Of a DNA stretch of 64,000 nucleotides, positions 1 to 10,007 are shown one piece after another. Origin of the DNA: a virus. The translations under genes and the position numbers were made by a program. Below the pieces are notes generated by a model. The model ran no database searches, was not told the DNA's origin, and worked only from the letters and a program-made list of their open reading frames with translations. The stretch covers positions 24,563-88,562 of the IMG/VR virus record IMGVR_UViG_3300032770_000015, one strand, 5' to 3'. Each line of letters opens with the position of its first letter. The stretch's first letter is position 1.

Positions 1-815
1 GTATTCCCGTTCAACGCCCCAGCGCCCGAGACCCAGGTCGCAACCACCCGCGCATTGGGCAACGCGCCCGGCATGGCCGCGTTGGCCGCATCATCCACGA
101 GCGCCTGCGTGACGATGTCCCAGCTCGCGTAGTTAAGCCGCTGGGGTTGCGTGTAAAAGTACAGCTGCATCGTCAGCTGCACCGCCGTGGCGGTCTGCAC
201 GATAAACGGCAGGCTGTATGGCGCCCCCGAGCTCGAGAACGGCCCCCACGCATTCTGCCAGTTACCCACCGGGTAGATGATCGTCGGTGAGCTCGACGAG
301 TTCGACGGGTTCGGCCGCCCGACGAAAATGTCGAAGTGCAGATCGTCCATCATCTCACGGATCGTGAACTTCCACCAGAGCGCCTGCGAGTCGTCGCTCG
401 CCACGTACTGGATGCGCCCCGTCGAGTGCGCCACCCAGCCGTTGCCATCGCCCCAGTCTACCTCGGCGATCCACTTCAGCCCGAGGAGCTGCGCCCGGCC
501 GGTCGCGTCGCCGAAAAAGGCCGTCAACCAGCGGTTCAGGTTCGAGCCGCCCACGGTCGTCCGCTTATCCATCAGGCGCCAGACCCAGCTCCCGATGGAC
601 CGCTTACAGCTGAGGAAGTCCGTGTACCCGCGCTGGCCGGTCGGCGGCGTCAGGTACGCCATGTACGTCCCATTGCCGTCGCTCACGCCCTCGGCCGTGG
701 CGACCAGGAACTTGTTACTGTTCACCGCGGTCAGGACCGTGGACTCAGTCGAGCTCACGGATCGCGGCGACATGACCCGCGCGCGAAACCGCGGCGTCAG
801 GGAAATGTTCGTCAT
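1..815 (-). CDS. Tail tip/hub-type structural protein (partial, runs off window start)
   Basis: ATG at 815 overlaps the TGA of the upstream gene (ATGA). Frame MTNISLTPRFRARVMSPRS... is open to the window edge. Lies downstream of tape measure and Dit-like genes. Confidence 0.6.
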   Translation of the reverse strand, partial: MTNISLTPRFRARVMSPRSVSSTESTVLTAVNSNKFLVATAEGVSDGNGTYMAYLTPPTGQRGYTDFLSCKRSIGSWVWRLMDKRTTVGGSNLNRWLTAFFGDATGRAQLLGLKWIAEVDWGDGNGWVAHSTGRIQYVASDDSQALWWKFTIREMMDDLHFDIFVGRPNPSNSSSSPTIIYPVGNWQNAWGPFSSSGAPYSLPFIVQTATAVQLTMQLYFYTQPQRLNYASWDIVTQALVDDAANAAMPGALPNARVVATWVSGAGALNGN

Positions 816-1798
816 GCGTACCCCACGAAGGGCGAGTCATCGGTCGAACGGATCGTCACCGGTAGCTGCCACGTGCCGTCGGGTTCCATCGCTAGGTTCT
901 GCAGGTCGCTGAGCACCGCAGGAATCTCGAGCACGCATGGCTGGTAGAGCGTTGTCGTCCCGGGATAGAGCGGCGGCCGCACCTGGCCGTCGTTCCACAC
1001 CTGGATCGCGCCCACGTACATCTGCCCCGTCTCCGCCACGCCGTTCGCCGCTGGATATGCATACACGCGGTAGGTATGCCCTGCGGTCAACGTACCTGTT
1101 TGCATGACGATCTGCCACGCGGTTCCGAACGGCGTCAACGATATGAGCGTACCCTGGCTCGCACTGAACGTGACATTGGGCGTCGCATTCGTGAAGTCGA
1201 TCTTCGAAAACAGCACGTACGCCCCAGCGGTCACGTCCCACAAGCTTACGTCACAATAGTTTGTCGCCGTGCTCTGCTGCACGATGCAGGACATCGTGAT
1301 CGGCCCCGGCGCAGCGGTCACCGGTACCGCAATGTAGAAGCCCTCATACACCGTAGCGCTGCTATCGCCCACGAGATCGAGCGGCACACCGTTAACGTAG
1401 ATTGCTGCGGCCGTGCGCGTCGCGCTATTAAGGTTCGACCACGCCACATCGCCAACGGTCTGCGACACGAACACGCAGTCGCCGTCGGGGTACCAACGGA
1501 ACGTGTTCTTCTGCCAGGCCCACTGCAGAAACGCATTCCAGCCCGTCGGGTCGTCCCACCCCGTCAGGGCATACGGCAGCGTTGCGAGGGGCGTCCAGTG
1601 CGGCAGCCAGCGGACGATCATCGACAGGTACTGGCTAACCCCCGTGACAAAGCTGTCTTCCTCCCCGGCGGTCGTCTCGCCAAACTGCGAGCCGCCCCGC
1701 GGGACCGGGAACGACAGGTAACTGTCGGCCAAGAGCCGGATCTGGTTAGTAAACCCGGCCCCCCAGGCGATCATCGGAATGCGCGGTGCCAGGGCCAT
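812..1798 (-). CDS. Minor tail protein (distal tail/Dit-like), paralogue 2
   Basis: 328 aa, paralogous to 1802-2776 (IAWG.G..N, QYLS...RW, GWN.FL.WAWQKN.F.WY.D, DD.PF.GY). Position after tape measure. Confidence 0.6.
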   Translation of the reverse strand: MALAPRIPMIAWGAGFTNQIRLLADSYLSFPVPRGGSQFGETTAGEEDSFVTGVSQYLSMIVRWLPHWTPLATLPYALTGWDDPTGWNAFLQWAWQKNTFRWYPDGDCVFVSQTVGDVAWSNLNSATRTAAAIYVNGVPLDLVGDSSATVYEGFYIAVPVTAAPGPITMSCIVQQSTATNYCDVSLWDVTAGAYVLFSKIDFTNATPNVTFSASQGTLISLTPFGTAWQIVMQTGTLTAGHTYRVYAYPAANGVAETGQMYVGAIQVWNDGQVRPPLYPGTTTLYQPCVLEIPAVLSDLQNLAMEPDGTWQLPVTIRSTDDSPFVGYA

Positions 1799-1801
1799 CG
1801 G

Positions 1802-2776
1802 TTAGTACCCCCGGAACGGCGTGTCGTCCGCCGCGCGGATGATGAACGGCAGGGCGAACGACCCGTCATCCTCGACGGTCATATTCTGCATGTCGCTCAG
1901 AGTCGTCGGCGTATCGAGGAAACACGACTGCGCGACGGGCATCCCGGCCGGGTTCAGCGGCCGCACGATCCCATCATCCCAGGCCTGTACGTACCCGACG
2001 TAGACATTGCCCATGTCCGCCGTGTTCGACGCCGGAAGGATCTGGAAGTAGTGCGCGTTCGCCGCGATGACCCCGGTCGCCGCGCACGTGAACTGGTACA
2101 CGCCGCCACCCACGGCGACCATGCTCAACAGCGTGCCGTTGAGCACCGACGGGACCGGTACCCCGCTCGACCAGGTGATCACGAGCTGTAGGCGCGCCGC
2201 GCCCGCCGTGCTGTCCTGGAGCTGAACACGCCAGCCCCCGGCGGCCTGCGCGGTCCCGACGGCGCACCACCAGGTGAAGATCTTCGTCGAGGTCGCCGCC
2301 GAGAACGTGGGGAACGGCGTGTAGCGATAGAATTGCTGCGCGCCCGTGCTGGTGTCGATGATCAGGTCGAGCGGCACCCCGTTCTGCGTGAGCGCGCCCT
2401 GCGTCCGCGTCGCACCGCCCACGTTTGTCCAGGCGGCGTCACCAACCGTCAACGAGCTGAAGAGCAGCGCCCGGTCCGCGTACCAGCTGAACGGATTCTT
2501 CTGCCAGGCCCACCGCAGAAAGCTATTCCATCCGTAGGCGCCGTCCCACCCGCTCAGGGCCACGGGCGCCGTCACGTCGGCCGACCCGATCCAGCGCGCG
2601 ACGGCCGAGAGATACTGGTCCGTCCCGTACGTGATCCCGTCTTCCGACCCATCTTCCCCGGCGAGCCAGGCCGACCCGGCACGCGGCGCCGGATAGGCCA
2701 GCGGCGTGTCGATCATCAGGTTCAGCGTGTTCACCAGGCCCGTGCCCCACGCGATCTTCGGTAGGCGGTCAATCAC
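1802..2776 (-). CDS. Minor tail protein (distal tail/Dit-like), paralogue 1
   Basis: 324 aa, directly downstream of tape measure. Beta-rich central insert. Confidence 0.6.
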   Translation of the reverse strand: MIDRLPKIAWGTGLVNTLNLMIDTPLAYPAPRAGSAWLAGEDGSEDGITYGTDQYLSAVARWIGSADVTAPVALSGWDGAYGWNSFLRWAWQKNPFSWYADRALLFSSLTVGDAAWTNVGGATRTQGALTQNGVPLDLIIDTSTGAQQFYRYTPFPTFSAATSTKIFTWWCAVGTAQAAGGWRVQLQDSTAGAARLQLVITWSSGVPVPSVLNGTLLSMVAVGGGVYQFTCAATGVIAANAHYFQILPASNTADMGNVYVGYVQAWDDGIVRPLNPAGMPVAQSCFLDTPTTLSDMQNMTVEDDGSFALPFIIRAADDTPFRGY

Positions 2777-2779
2777 GGC

Positions 2780-5494
2780 TCACGCCCCCTGGAAGGTGAC
2801 CACGGCGTCACGGCCCGCGATCTGCTGCAGCGCCTTGATGAAGGCCGCGTACTGCGCCGGGTCGTCCATGTTCAGGAACGAACCGCCCTGGATCACGACC
2901 TGCAGCGAGCCCGCGTTCCCCGAGGCCGCCGTCGTGCTCGTCACGGCCGACGAGGCCGACGACGAACTACTGCCGCCCCCGCCACCCCCGGCGTTCGTCG
3001 CGGCGCCGGACAGAACGCCGCCGAGCGCGAAGAACGCGGCCGCAGCGGCGAACTCCTCGGCCGCGGCGCCCCACTTCGAGGCGTCGCCGCCGATGGCCAT
3101 GCCCGTGTCACCGATGGCCTTAGCGAGGAAGAACTTCCCGAGGCCTTCGGCGATGGCCGCGATGGCCTTCAGCATCGTCTCCTTGAACGCCGCCGCCGCC
3201 GACTTCGACCCGTCCACCATCGCTGCGAAGGCGTTCTCGATGGCCGGGCCGAGCGCGTCAATCGTTGAGATCAGGCCGTCGGCGAGCACCTGGTTCAGGC
3301 TCGTCGCCGAGTTCTCCGCCGCCGTCGCCGCATCTGTGAACGCCTGCTTGAACGTCCGCGACTCAACGCCCATCACGCCGAGCGTCAGGCCGAACTTCTT
3401 CAGCGTATCCTCGAGCCGCTGCAGCTCGCGGTCCATCGCCTCGGCCTCGGGACCGTGCATCGTCGCCCGGGCCAGGAGCATCGCCGGGCCGATGGTGTTG
3501 ATCGCCGTCCGAAACTGCGTGATGCTGATGTCGTTGTGGGACAGCTGGGTCGTGAGGTCCTGCGATTCCTGGATCAGGACCTTGAGCGCCGCGTTCCGCA
3601 CCGCGTCGTCGAGGGTGCGGATCGCCGTCGTCAACGTCTGCTGCTCGTGCGCCGTGATCCCGGTCGTGGCTGATAGCGTCGTCAGCTGCGTTGTCAGGTC
3701 AGCGGCCCGCGCGCGATATTCGGCGAGCGAGATGTCCCCGTGCGTGAACTCCTGGTCGAGCCCGCGGACCTGCGCCACGGCGCCCTCCACGGCCGTCTGC
3801 AACGCGGTCGTGTTATACCGGCGGAGCGTGTCATCAATCGCTTGCAGCGACCGGTTCAGCGTCTCGAGCTCGGGGCCGTGCAGCGAGGCCCGCATCGCGT
3901 ACATCTGCGGGGTGATCTTCCCGATCCCGGCCTGGAACGCGGCGAGCGTAATGTCACCGTGCTGCAGCTTGCTGTCCAGGTCGGTGGCCTGGTTCGTCAG
4001 GTCCTTGACCGTCGCGTTCCTGATCGCGTCGTCCAGGTTCGTGACAGCGTCGCGCAGCGTCTGCTGCTGCTTCGCGGTCGTTCCGGCGGCCCCGGCCAGG
4101 GCATTCAGCTGCACGACGAGCGCCGCGCCCCGCTGCCGGTACTCGTCGAGCGTGATGTCCCCGTGCGCGTACTGCTCCTCGAGCTCGCGGACCGCGGCCG
4201 TTAGGGTCTGGATCGCCGTCGTCTGGTTCGACGTATCGCCCTGCTGCCCGGCGAGGTTCGGCCCGGCCCCCGCCCGGTGGATGTCCGGCGCCGGGAGCGG
4301 GTTCGCCGTCGCGTCGTGGTATAGCTTCAGCCAGTCGTCGCGGACCGTCAGCAGGGCCAGGTCTACGCCGGTCATCGCCTGGTTGAACGTCTGCACGCTC
4401 TCCGCCACCTGGCGCCGCCACGGGCCGTCGTCAATCGGCGGCAGGATGGTCGGCTTCAGGTCGGGGATCGCCGCCATGATCGTGCCCAGCTGGGTCGGAA
4501 GCAGCGCGATCATGTGCTTGATGGCGTTGACCTTATCCACCGCCCACTCTTCGACCCGGTTCAGCAGCGGCGTGACCTCGTTGATGATGTCGATCCAGCC
4601 CGCGATGGCCCCGTAGATCACCGCCTGGATCGCGCCGCTGATCGCCTTCCCGATGTCGAACGCGATCTTGAACGTCCCAACGACCGAGTCCACGACGATC
4701 CGCACCACGTCGGTGATGACGCTCCCCCACTTCACCCACGTGGCCATATTGTCCTGGATGCTCTTCGTCTCCTGCTGCATCCAGCCGCTCAGATTCCGGC
4801 TCGCGTCGCCACCGGAGATGGACCCCGCGATTACCTCGCCCATCGCGGTCTTCAGGTCGGTCCAAGACGACTTCAAGATGTCGATCTGCCCGGCTAGCGA
4901 CTTCCCGCGCTCCTCGGCGATGGTGAACATCGGCAACGTCGCCGTCATCAGCGCGTTGTACCGTTCCTGCTCGGTCCCGAGCCCGTTCAGGTTGATCCCG
5001 TACCGCTGGAGACCGTTTCCGGCGCCCTCGAGCGCCTTCGCGATCAGCGTGCCCGCGCGCTCGGTCGAGATGCCGAACGTCTCCGACAGGCCCACGGCCG
5101 CCTTCATCACCCCGGCGATCTGATCCCCGGTGAGCGTGTGCACCATCGTCGTGACGATCTGCGCGACCCCGAGCGTCGCGTTCTCGGTCACGCCGGTTAG
5201 CTTCATGATGTTCAGCGCCATCGCCTGCACGGCGTCCGACGCATCATCCGAATACCGGCCCGTGACCCGCAGGGCGGCGTTGAACGACGTGATGGCGCCC
5301 TCGCGGTCGGCAAACGCCTCGATGAGCCCGGCACCGAACCGCACGAGCTCGTCGGCGATGAAGCCCGAGACGAGTCCCTTCAGCGATGCGACCTGATCCC
5401 ACAGGTTCTGGACGTTCGCAATGGCCGACGTGAACGCCGCGCCGGTCGCGTCGTACGCATCTATGATCAGCTCAACGATTGTGCGGTTTGCCAT
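2780..5494 (-). CDS. Tail tape measure protein
   Basis: 904 aa Ala-rich helical protein with internal repeats (HGDITL/HGDISL/HNDISI). N-terminus IVELIIDAYDATGAAF. Follows tail chaperones. Confidence 0.9.
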   Translation of the reverse strand: MANRTIVELIIDAYDATGAAFTSAIANVQNLWDQVASLKGLVSGFIADELVRFGAGLIEAFADREGAITSFNAALRVTGRYSDDASDAVQAMALNIMKLTGVTENATLGVAQIVTTMVHTLTGDQIAGVMKAAVGLSETFGISTERAGTLIAKALEGAGNGLQRYGINLNGLGTEQERYNALMTATLPMFTIAEERGKSLAGQIDILKSSWTDLKTAMGEVIAGSISGGDASRNLSGWMQQETKSIQDNMATWVKWGSVITDVVRIVVDSVVGTFKIAFDIGKAISGAIQAVIYGAIAGWIDIINEVTPLLNRVEEWAVDKVNAIKHMIALLPTQLGTIMAAIPDLKPTILPPIDDGPWRRQVAESVQTFNQAMTGVDLALLTVRDDWLKLYHDATANPLPAPDIHRAGAGPNLAGQQGDTSNQTTAIQTLTAAVRELEEQYAHGDITLDEYRQRGAALVVQLNALAGAAGTTAKQQQTLRDAVTNLDDAIRNATVKDLTNQATDLDSKLQHGDITLAAFQAGIGKITPQMYAMRASLHGPELETLNRSLQAIDDTLRRYNTTALQTAVEGAVAQVRGLDQEFTHGDISLAEYRARAADLTTQLTTLSATTGITAHEQQTLTTAIRTLDDAVRNAALKVLIQESQDLTTQLSHNDISITQFRTAINTIGPAMLLARATMHGPEAEAMDRELQRLEDTLKKFGLTLGVMGVESRTFKQAFTDAATAAENSATSLNQVLADGLISTIDALGPAIENAFAAMVDGSKSAAAAFKETMLKAIAAIAEGLGKFFLAKAIGDTGMAIGGDASKWGAAAEEFAAAAAFFALGGVLSGAATNAGGGGGGSSSSSASSAVTSTTAASGNAGSLQVVIQGGSFLNMDDPAQYAAFIKALQQIAGRDAVVTFQGA

Positions 5495-5508
5495 GGGAGG
5501 GGCCTTGC

Positions 5509-5958
5509 TTAGGGCGACGGCAGCGGCTCGGAGATCTCGGGGTACGCCCGGCGCGCGAGGTCGCGGATCTCGTGCTTCACGGCCGAGTTCTTATCGCCCT
5601 GCCACATGAGGGTCGCCCCGAGGGCGACGGCCCGCGTCAGCTGTAGCTCGCGGAACGCTTCGAGCGCGGGCAGCTCACGGGACAACAGGGCGAATAGCTT
5701 GAACGGAATGACCCCATCGCTGGTCGGCCACCCCGGGCGATAGAACAGCCCGGGGTAGGCAGCGTGGAATCGCGCGATCAGGTGCCCGTCGGGGAGACGG
5801 AAGCGTCGCTGAGCAGTTCTTGCACCCCAGGGGGAGGCGTGATCGGCGTCCCCATCGCCTTCCCCTGGGATTCCGTAAAAGACCAGATAGCTTTCAGCTG
5901 CCCGCGCGGCGGCAGTCGCAAGATCCAGTACGCGGCCGAATGCCCGGGCTTCCACCAC
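5509..5958 (-). CDS. Tail assembly chaperone, gpT-like frame (likely reached by -1 frameshift; true start uncertain)
   Basis: Overlaps 5778-6161 in the -1 frame and lies immediately upstream of tape measure. Confidence 0.5.
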   Translation of the reverse strand: MVEARAFGRVLDLATAAARAAESYLVFYGIPGEGDGDADHASPWGARTAQRRFRLPDGHLIARFHAAYPGLFYRPGWPTSDGVIPFKLFALLSRELPALEAFRELQLTRAVALGATLMWQGDKNSAVKHEIRDLARRAYPEISEPLPSP

Positions 5959-6161
5959 GGGTGCGGGAAGAACGCCATGACCAGGCGCCGGACCATGTGC
6001 CGGGTCGCCAGCGGGGCCTTATCCGCCTTCGCCGACCGCATGGACGCCGCGAGCGGCAGCCACTGGTCAACGGAGAGGATACGGCCCCGGTAGATCGTGC
6101 CGTCCTGCGCCTTGAAGGTGGGAACCTCCAGGGCAGCGACGTATTCCTGGGCGTCGAACAA
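5778..6161 (-). CDS. Tail assembly chaperone, gpG-like
   Basis: 127 aa, between tail tube genes and tape measure. Confidence 0.6.
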   Translation of the reverse strand: MFDAQEYVAALEVPTFKAQDGTIYRGRILSVDQWLPLAASMRSAKADKAPLATRHMVRRLVMAFFPHPWWKPGHSAAYWILRLPPRGQLKAIWSFTESQGKAMGTPITPPPGVQELLSDASVSPTGT

Positions 6162-6180
6162 AAGATGTCCTCCGGTGACG

Positions 6181-6543
6181 TTAGCTCGCCGAACCTGCGG
6201 CGAGGTGCCCCGTGACGGTGCAGGTACCGGTCGTCTGCCCGCTGATCCGGCAGCGAAAGGCGAGTAGGCCGCTCGTCACGAACCGGTAGCAGGCGGGCAT
6301 CGCCGCCGCCGCGACCGTCGTGCCCTGCGTCGCTGCCGCGGCGAGCGACGCGCCCTGCACGGCAAAGTAGTTCGTGCCGTCAATCGTGCCCTCGAAGTTC
6401 ACCGTCCCGTCGAACCCGGACGCCTTCGTCATGGCGACGATGACCGCGCTCGCCTGATACGGGTTGATCTGCATCTCCTGCCCGTTCCCGTTCCCCGCCG
6501 CAGCGTTCTGGAACAGGAAGGGTGTCGCTTCGCCGATGCTCAT
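6181..6543 (-). CDS. Small beta-rich virion protein, hypothetical
   Basis: 120 aa ORF in the tail operon. Confidence 0.55.
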   Translation of the reverse strand: MSIGEATPFLFQNAAAGNGNGQEMQINPYQASAVIVAMTKASGFDGTVNFEGTIDGTNYFAVQGASLAAAATQGTTVAAAAMPACYRFVTSGLLAFRCRISGQTTGTCTVTGHLAAGSAS

Positions 6544-6555
6544 TGCCCGGTCCCC

Positions 6556-7605
6556 TTAGTCAAACTGGATCGTGCACAGGTCCGTGAGCGCGTACGTCGA
6601 GGGCTTGAACTCGAACGTCAGCTTCCACTGCCCGATGGGGCCTTCCGCCGTCTCCGCGACCGCCACGAGCTGCGCCTGCGCCGAGCTGCCGTAGGTCGAA
6701 CCCGAGAAGATCTTGAACCGGTTGTACTGCGTCGTGCCGACGTTCAGCTGGAAGTAGACCAGCGTCTCCGTGTTTCGCAGCTGGTACGGGTTCATCGTCG
6801 CCGCGTCGGTCCACGGGCTCGCCGTCTTCAGCGCGCCCTTCTCGACCGTCAGCTCGATGGTCGGGGTCGGGGGCATCGGCGCGAAGCCGTAGTGAACGCC
6901 CGCCGCGGTCAGGTTGACCCGCTTCGAGTCGACCTTGCGGTTCAGCTTGAAGGTGAAGTCCTTCACGATGGGCGCCGTGAACGACCCGAACGTGACCGCC
7001 GCGTTGGCCACCTCGGGCGCGACGAGCGAGTAGGTCGGGTACGACGTGATGGACGGGATCGCCACGTCGGTCGGCTCGTCGCCGGTCCCGGTCGTCACGA
7101 ACGTCCAGAGCGGGATCTGGGGGCCCTTCGCCTCGATGGTCAGGTCACTGAACCCGCCGTAGAGCTTGTACATCTGGCCCTCGACGTAGTTCTGCATCGT
7201 GACGCTGACGAGCGCCGACGGCCCGACCATCGGCGCGTAGTACCACTTCTCCGAGCCGCCCACGAACGAACCGGTCGCCACGAGCCCGGCCGACTGCAGC
7301 AGGCTGTGGAACGCCAGCGTGTCCGGGTACACCGAGGCGCTGTACGCCGCGCCCGCGCCCATGGGTTCGACCGTCACCGTGTGCTTCGCCTCGAGCCCGA
7401 GGCGCACGGCGCGGTTCAGCGGGACGCCCGCCGGGGTCATGCCCCGGTGGCCGTCGTACAGGTACGTGCCGTGGTCGCAAGCCGGGGGCGCCGCCAGGAG
7501 CAGTCCATCGGACGCCGCCGCAAGCGAGGGGTCGGTCAGATACGTGGTCTCCGCCTTCGCCATGGAGCCCCACGCAATCCGTGTCTTTGCAGCAGACTGT
7601 GCCAT
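6556..7605 (-). CDS. Major tail (tube) protein, paralogue 2
   Basis: 349 aa, strongly similar to 7618-8655 over its full length. Tail-tube position. Confidence 0.7.
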   Translation of the reverse strand: MAQSAAKTRIAWGSMAKAETTYLTDPSLAAASDGLLLAAPPACDHGTYLYDGHRGMTPAGVPLNRAVRLGLEAKHTVTVEPMGAGAAYSASVYPDTLAFHSLLQSAGLVATGSFVGGSEKWYYAPMVGPSALVSVTMQNYVEGQMYKLYGGFSDLTIEAKGPQIPLWTFVTTGTGDEPTDVAIPSITSYPTYSLVAPEVANAAVTFGSFTAPIVKDFTFKLNRKVDSKRVNLTAAGVHYGFAPMPPTPTIELTVEKGALKTASPWTDAATMNPYQLRNTETLVYFQLNVGTTQYNRFKIFSGSTYGSSAQAQLVAVAETAEGPIGQWKLTFEFKPSTYALTDLCTIQFD

Positions 7606-7617
7606 TGGATCTCCTGA

Positions 7618-8655
7618 TCAGTCGAAGACGATGGAGACGTGATCGGTCGCTCCATACGTCGAAGGCTTGTACTCGAACACCAGCTTCCACTGGCCAATCG
7701 GCCCCTCCGCGGTCTCCGTTACCGTCACGAGCTGCGCCTGCGCCGACGCGGCCGTTGCCCCGGCCCAGATCTTGTACTCGTTGGTCGCCGTCGTCCCGAC
7801 CTGCAGGGCGAGCGGGATCAGCACCTCGTTATCGCGCAGCTGGTACGGGTTGATGTTCGAGGCGTCGTTCCACGGGGTCGCCGTCTTCAACGCCTGCTTC
7901 TCGATGGTCAGCTCGAGCGTCGGATACGGCGGCAGGGGCGAGAACCCCGCGTGCACGTTCCCCGCCGTGTTCAGGTTCACCCGCTTCGAGTCGACCTTCC
8001 GGTTCAGCTTGAAGGTGAAGTCCTTCACGATGGCCGACGCATACGCCCCGATGGTGATCTGAGCGTTGGCGACCTCGGGCGGGATCGTCGCGTAGGTCGG
8101 GTACGACGAGATGGCCGGGATCGCCACGTCGGTCGGTTCGTCGCCTGAGCCGACGAAGACGAACGTCCAGAGCGGGATCTGCGGCCCCTTGGCCTCGATG
8201 GTCAGGTCGCCGTAACCCCCATACAGCTTGTAGAGCTGGCCCTCGACGTAGTTCGAGATGGTCACGCTGTCGAGACCCGCCGGGCCGACCTCGGGCACGT
8301 ATGTCCACTTCGACGAGGCGAACGTACCCTGCAGCCCGCACGAGACGAGCAGCGCGTGGAACGCCACGTTCATCGGGTATACCGAACCGCTGTACGCCGT
8401 GTTGGCGCCCGCGGCCTCGACCGTCATCGTGTGCTTCGCCTCGAGCCCGAGCCGGGCCGCCCGGTTCAGCGGCACACCGGCCGGGGTCATCCCGCGGTGC
8501 CCGTCGTACAGGTACGTGCCGTGATCGCAGACCGGCGGCGCCGCCAGCAGCAGGCCATCGGTGCCGACCACCGCCACGGGATCGGTCTGGTAGGTGGCCT
8601 CGACCTTCGCCATCGCCCCCCAGGCAATCCGTGTCTTTACGGCAGACTGTGCCAT
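7618..8655 (-). CDS. Major tail (tube) protein, paralogue 1
   Basis: 345 aa. N-terminal AKVEATYQTDP is typical of tail-tube starts. Position after neck genes. Confidence 0.7.
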   Translation of the reverse strand: MAQSAVKTRIAWGAMAKVEATYQTDPVAVVGTDGLLLAAPPVCDHGTYLYDGHRGMTPAGVPLNRAARLGLEAKHTMTVEAAGANTAYSGSVYPMNVAFHALLVSCGLQGTFASSKWTYVPEVGPAGLDSVTISNYVEGQLYKLYGGYGDLTIEAKGPQIPLWTFVFVGSGDEPTDVAIPAISSYPTYATIPPEVANAQITIGAYASAIVKDFTFKLNRKVDSKRVNLNTAGNVHAGFSPLPPYPTLELTIEKQALKTATPWNDASNINPYQLRDNEVLIPLALQVGTTATNEYKIWAGATAASAQAQLVTVTETAEGPIGQWKLVFEYKPSTYGATDHVSIVFD

Positions 8656-8658
8656 CGG

Positions 8659-8934
8659 TTAGCCCTCCGCCGCGACGGGCGCGGCCGGGGTCGGCGCCGG
8701 GGTCGCCGGGATCGGCGAGAGACCGAGCGCGTCGGCCTCGCACTGCGCCTGGAAGGCGTCGAGCGCGGCCTTTCCGCCGTCTACGACCGACTGCGGAACC
8801 TCGGTCTGGATGAACATCACGTTGGCGAAGAAGTCATTGATCGCCTTATACTTCGCGTCCGCCTGCTCAGGGGTCGTCGTCGGCATCGCGGCGATCTCGG
8901 GCGGGCAGGGCCGGGTCGGTACCTTAATGAACAT
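8659..8934 (-). CDS. Hypothetical protein
   Basis: 91 aa ORF fills the gap in the operon, with GGAG RBS. Confidence 0.55.
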   Translation of the reverse strand: MFIKVPTRPCPPEIAAMPTTTPEQADAKYKAINDFFANVMFIQTEVPQSVVDGGKAALDAFQAQCEADALGLSPIPATPAPTPAAPVAAEG

Positions 8935-8946
8935 GTCGGGACTCCG

Positions 8947-9405
8947 TTAGGTGGACTCGAGGTAATCCGCGACGAGCGATCCCCAGGTGTCCACGTACTC
9001 TTGCGGCACCGTGTCAGGAACGATCTCACGCCGCGGCATCCGCTCGGTGCCGAGCTGGTGCCAGATCCCGTAGACGACGCTCGACCCGACGATCAGCTCG
9101 GCGTCGGTCGCCAGCGTGTAACCGTTTTCGTCGTCCGCGACGACGAGCGACTTCCAGAGCGTGTCGGTCCGCCGAAGGATCGTCTTTCCCTCCGGCTTCG
9201 CCTCGCGGGTACTCGCCGCGAGCGGTGCCCACGCGGACCCGCCCGCCGCGCCCTCGCTAGCGAACACGTCGCCGAAGAACTCGTGCACGGCCTCGGCGAC
9301 CGGCCCGGCCAGCGCCGGTTGCAGGTGCAGGACCGCCCAGTGACCGCGCTGCAGCGCGTCGAGGACCTCGGCGCTGTTCAGCAGCGTGACGTTCGGCGCG
9401 GCCAC
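8947..9405 (-). CDS. Virion morphogenesis / tail completion protein (Mu gpG-like)
   Basis: Motifs WAPLAAST, ILRRTDTLWKSL, VGSSVVYGIWHQLGT..MPRR. Confidence 0.75.
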   Translation of the reverse strand: MAAPNVTLLNSAEVLDALQRGHWAVLHLQPALAGPVAEAVHEFFGDVFASEGAAGGSAWAPLAASTREAKPEGKTILRRTDTLWKSLVVADDENGYTLATDAELIVGSSVVYGIWHQLGTERMPRREIVPDTVPQEYVDTWGSLVADYLEST

Positions 9406-9422
9406 CGGTCAGTCCGTCGGCG

Positions 9423-9980
9423 TCAGCGGATCAGGTACGCCGCGACGCTGTACGTGGTCGAGTTCGCCGAGCCCGGCGTTACCGTGACGCGCCAGGTCTG
9501 CGGCAGCACGCCATCCGTGCACGTGTCGATCCCGGCCAGGGTCGTGCCCACGAGCGGGTCGAAGATCGCCACGAGCGAGCCCACGGCGGTCAGGGCATTG
9601 CACGTCATGATCGTCGTGTACGTGCCGTCGGGGTTCTTCCGCTCCAGGGTCATGACCGGCGCGGCCGACGTGCCATACACGGTGATGTTCAGGGCGAGGA
9701 CGACGCCGCGCGCGTCCACGTTCGTCTGATCCGCGCTGTGCTGCGTCGCCGTCTGCGCGGCCGACGCGATCACCTGCACGAGATTCGCCTTCGCGGGCGG
9801 GTTCGCCATCACCTTTAGGATGGCTCCCTCTTCGATGACCGCACGCGCCTGGTTCTGCGCCGACTCGAAGTCGCGCGTGTCGGCCGTCTCGCCGTACGTC
9901 TTCGTCAGGGACTGGATGACCATCCCGAGACCGGTGCGAATGCGCGCCTGCAGCCCGGTGGCCTGCAAAGAGAACGCCAT
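9423..9980 (-). CDS. Hypothetical structural protein
   Basis: 185 aa ORF with AGGAG RBS in the head-tail region. Confidence 0.55.
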   Translation of the reverse strand: MAFSLQATGLQARIRTGLGMVIQSLTKTYGETADTRDFESAQNQARAVIEEGAILKVMANPPAKANLVQVIASAAQTATQHSADQTNVDARGVVLALNITVYGTSAAPVMTLERKNPDGTYTTIMTCNALTAVGSLVAIFDPLVGTTLAGIDTCTDGVLPQTWRVTVTPGSANSTTYSVAAYLIR

Positions 9981-10007
9981 GGTACCTGCTCCTTACGTGT
10001 TGGGGTA

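Noticed and set aside
6556-8655. Diversity-generating retroelement template/variable repeat pair
   Set aside because: Differences are not adenine-specific, both copies are full genes, and no reverse transcriptase is seen.
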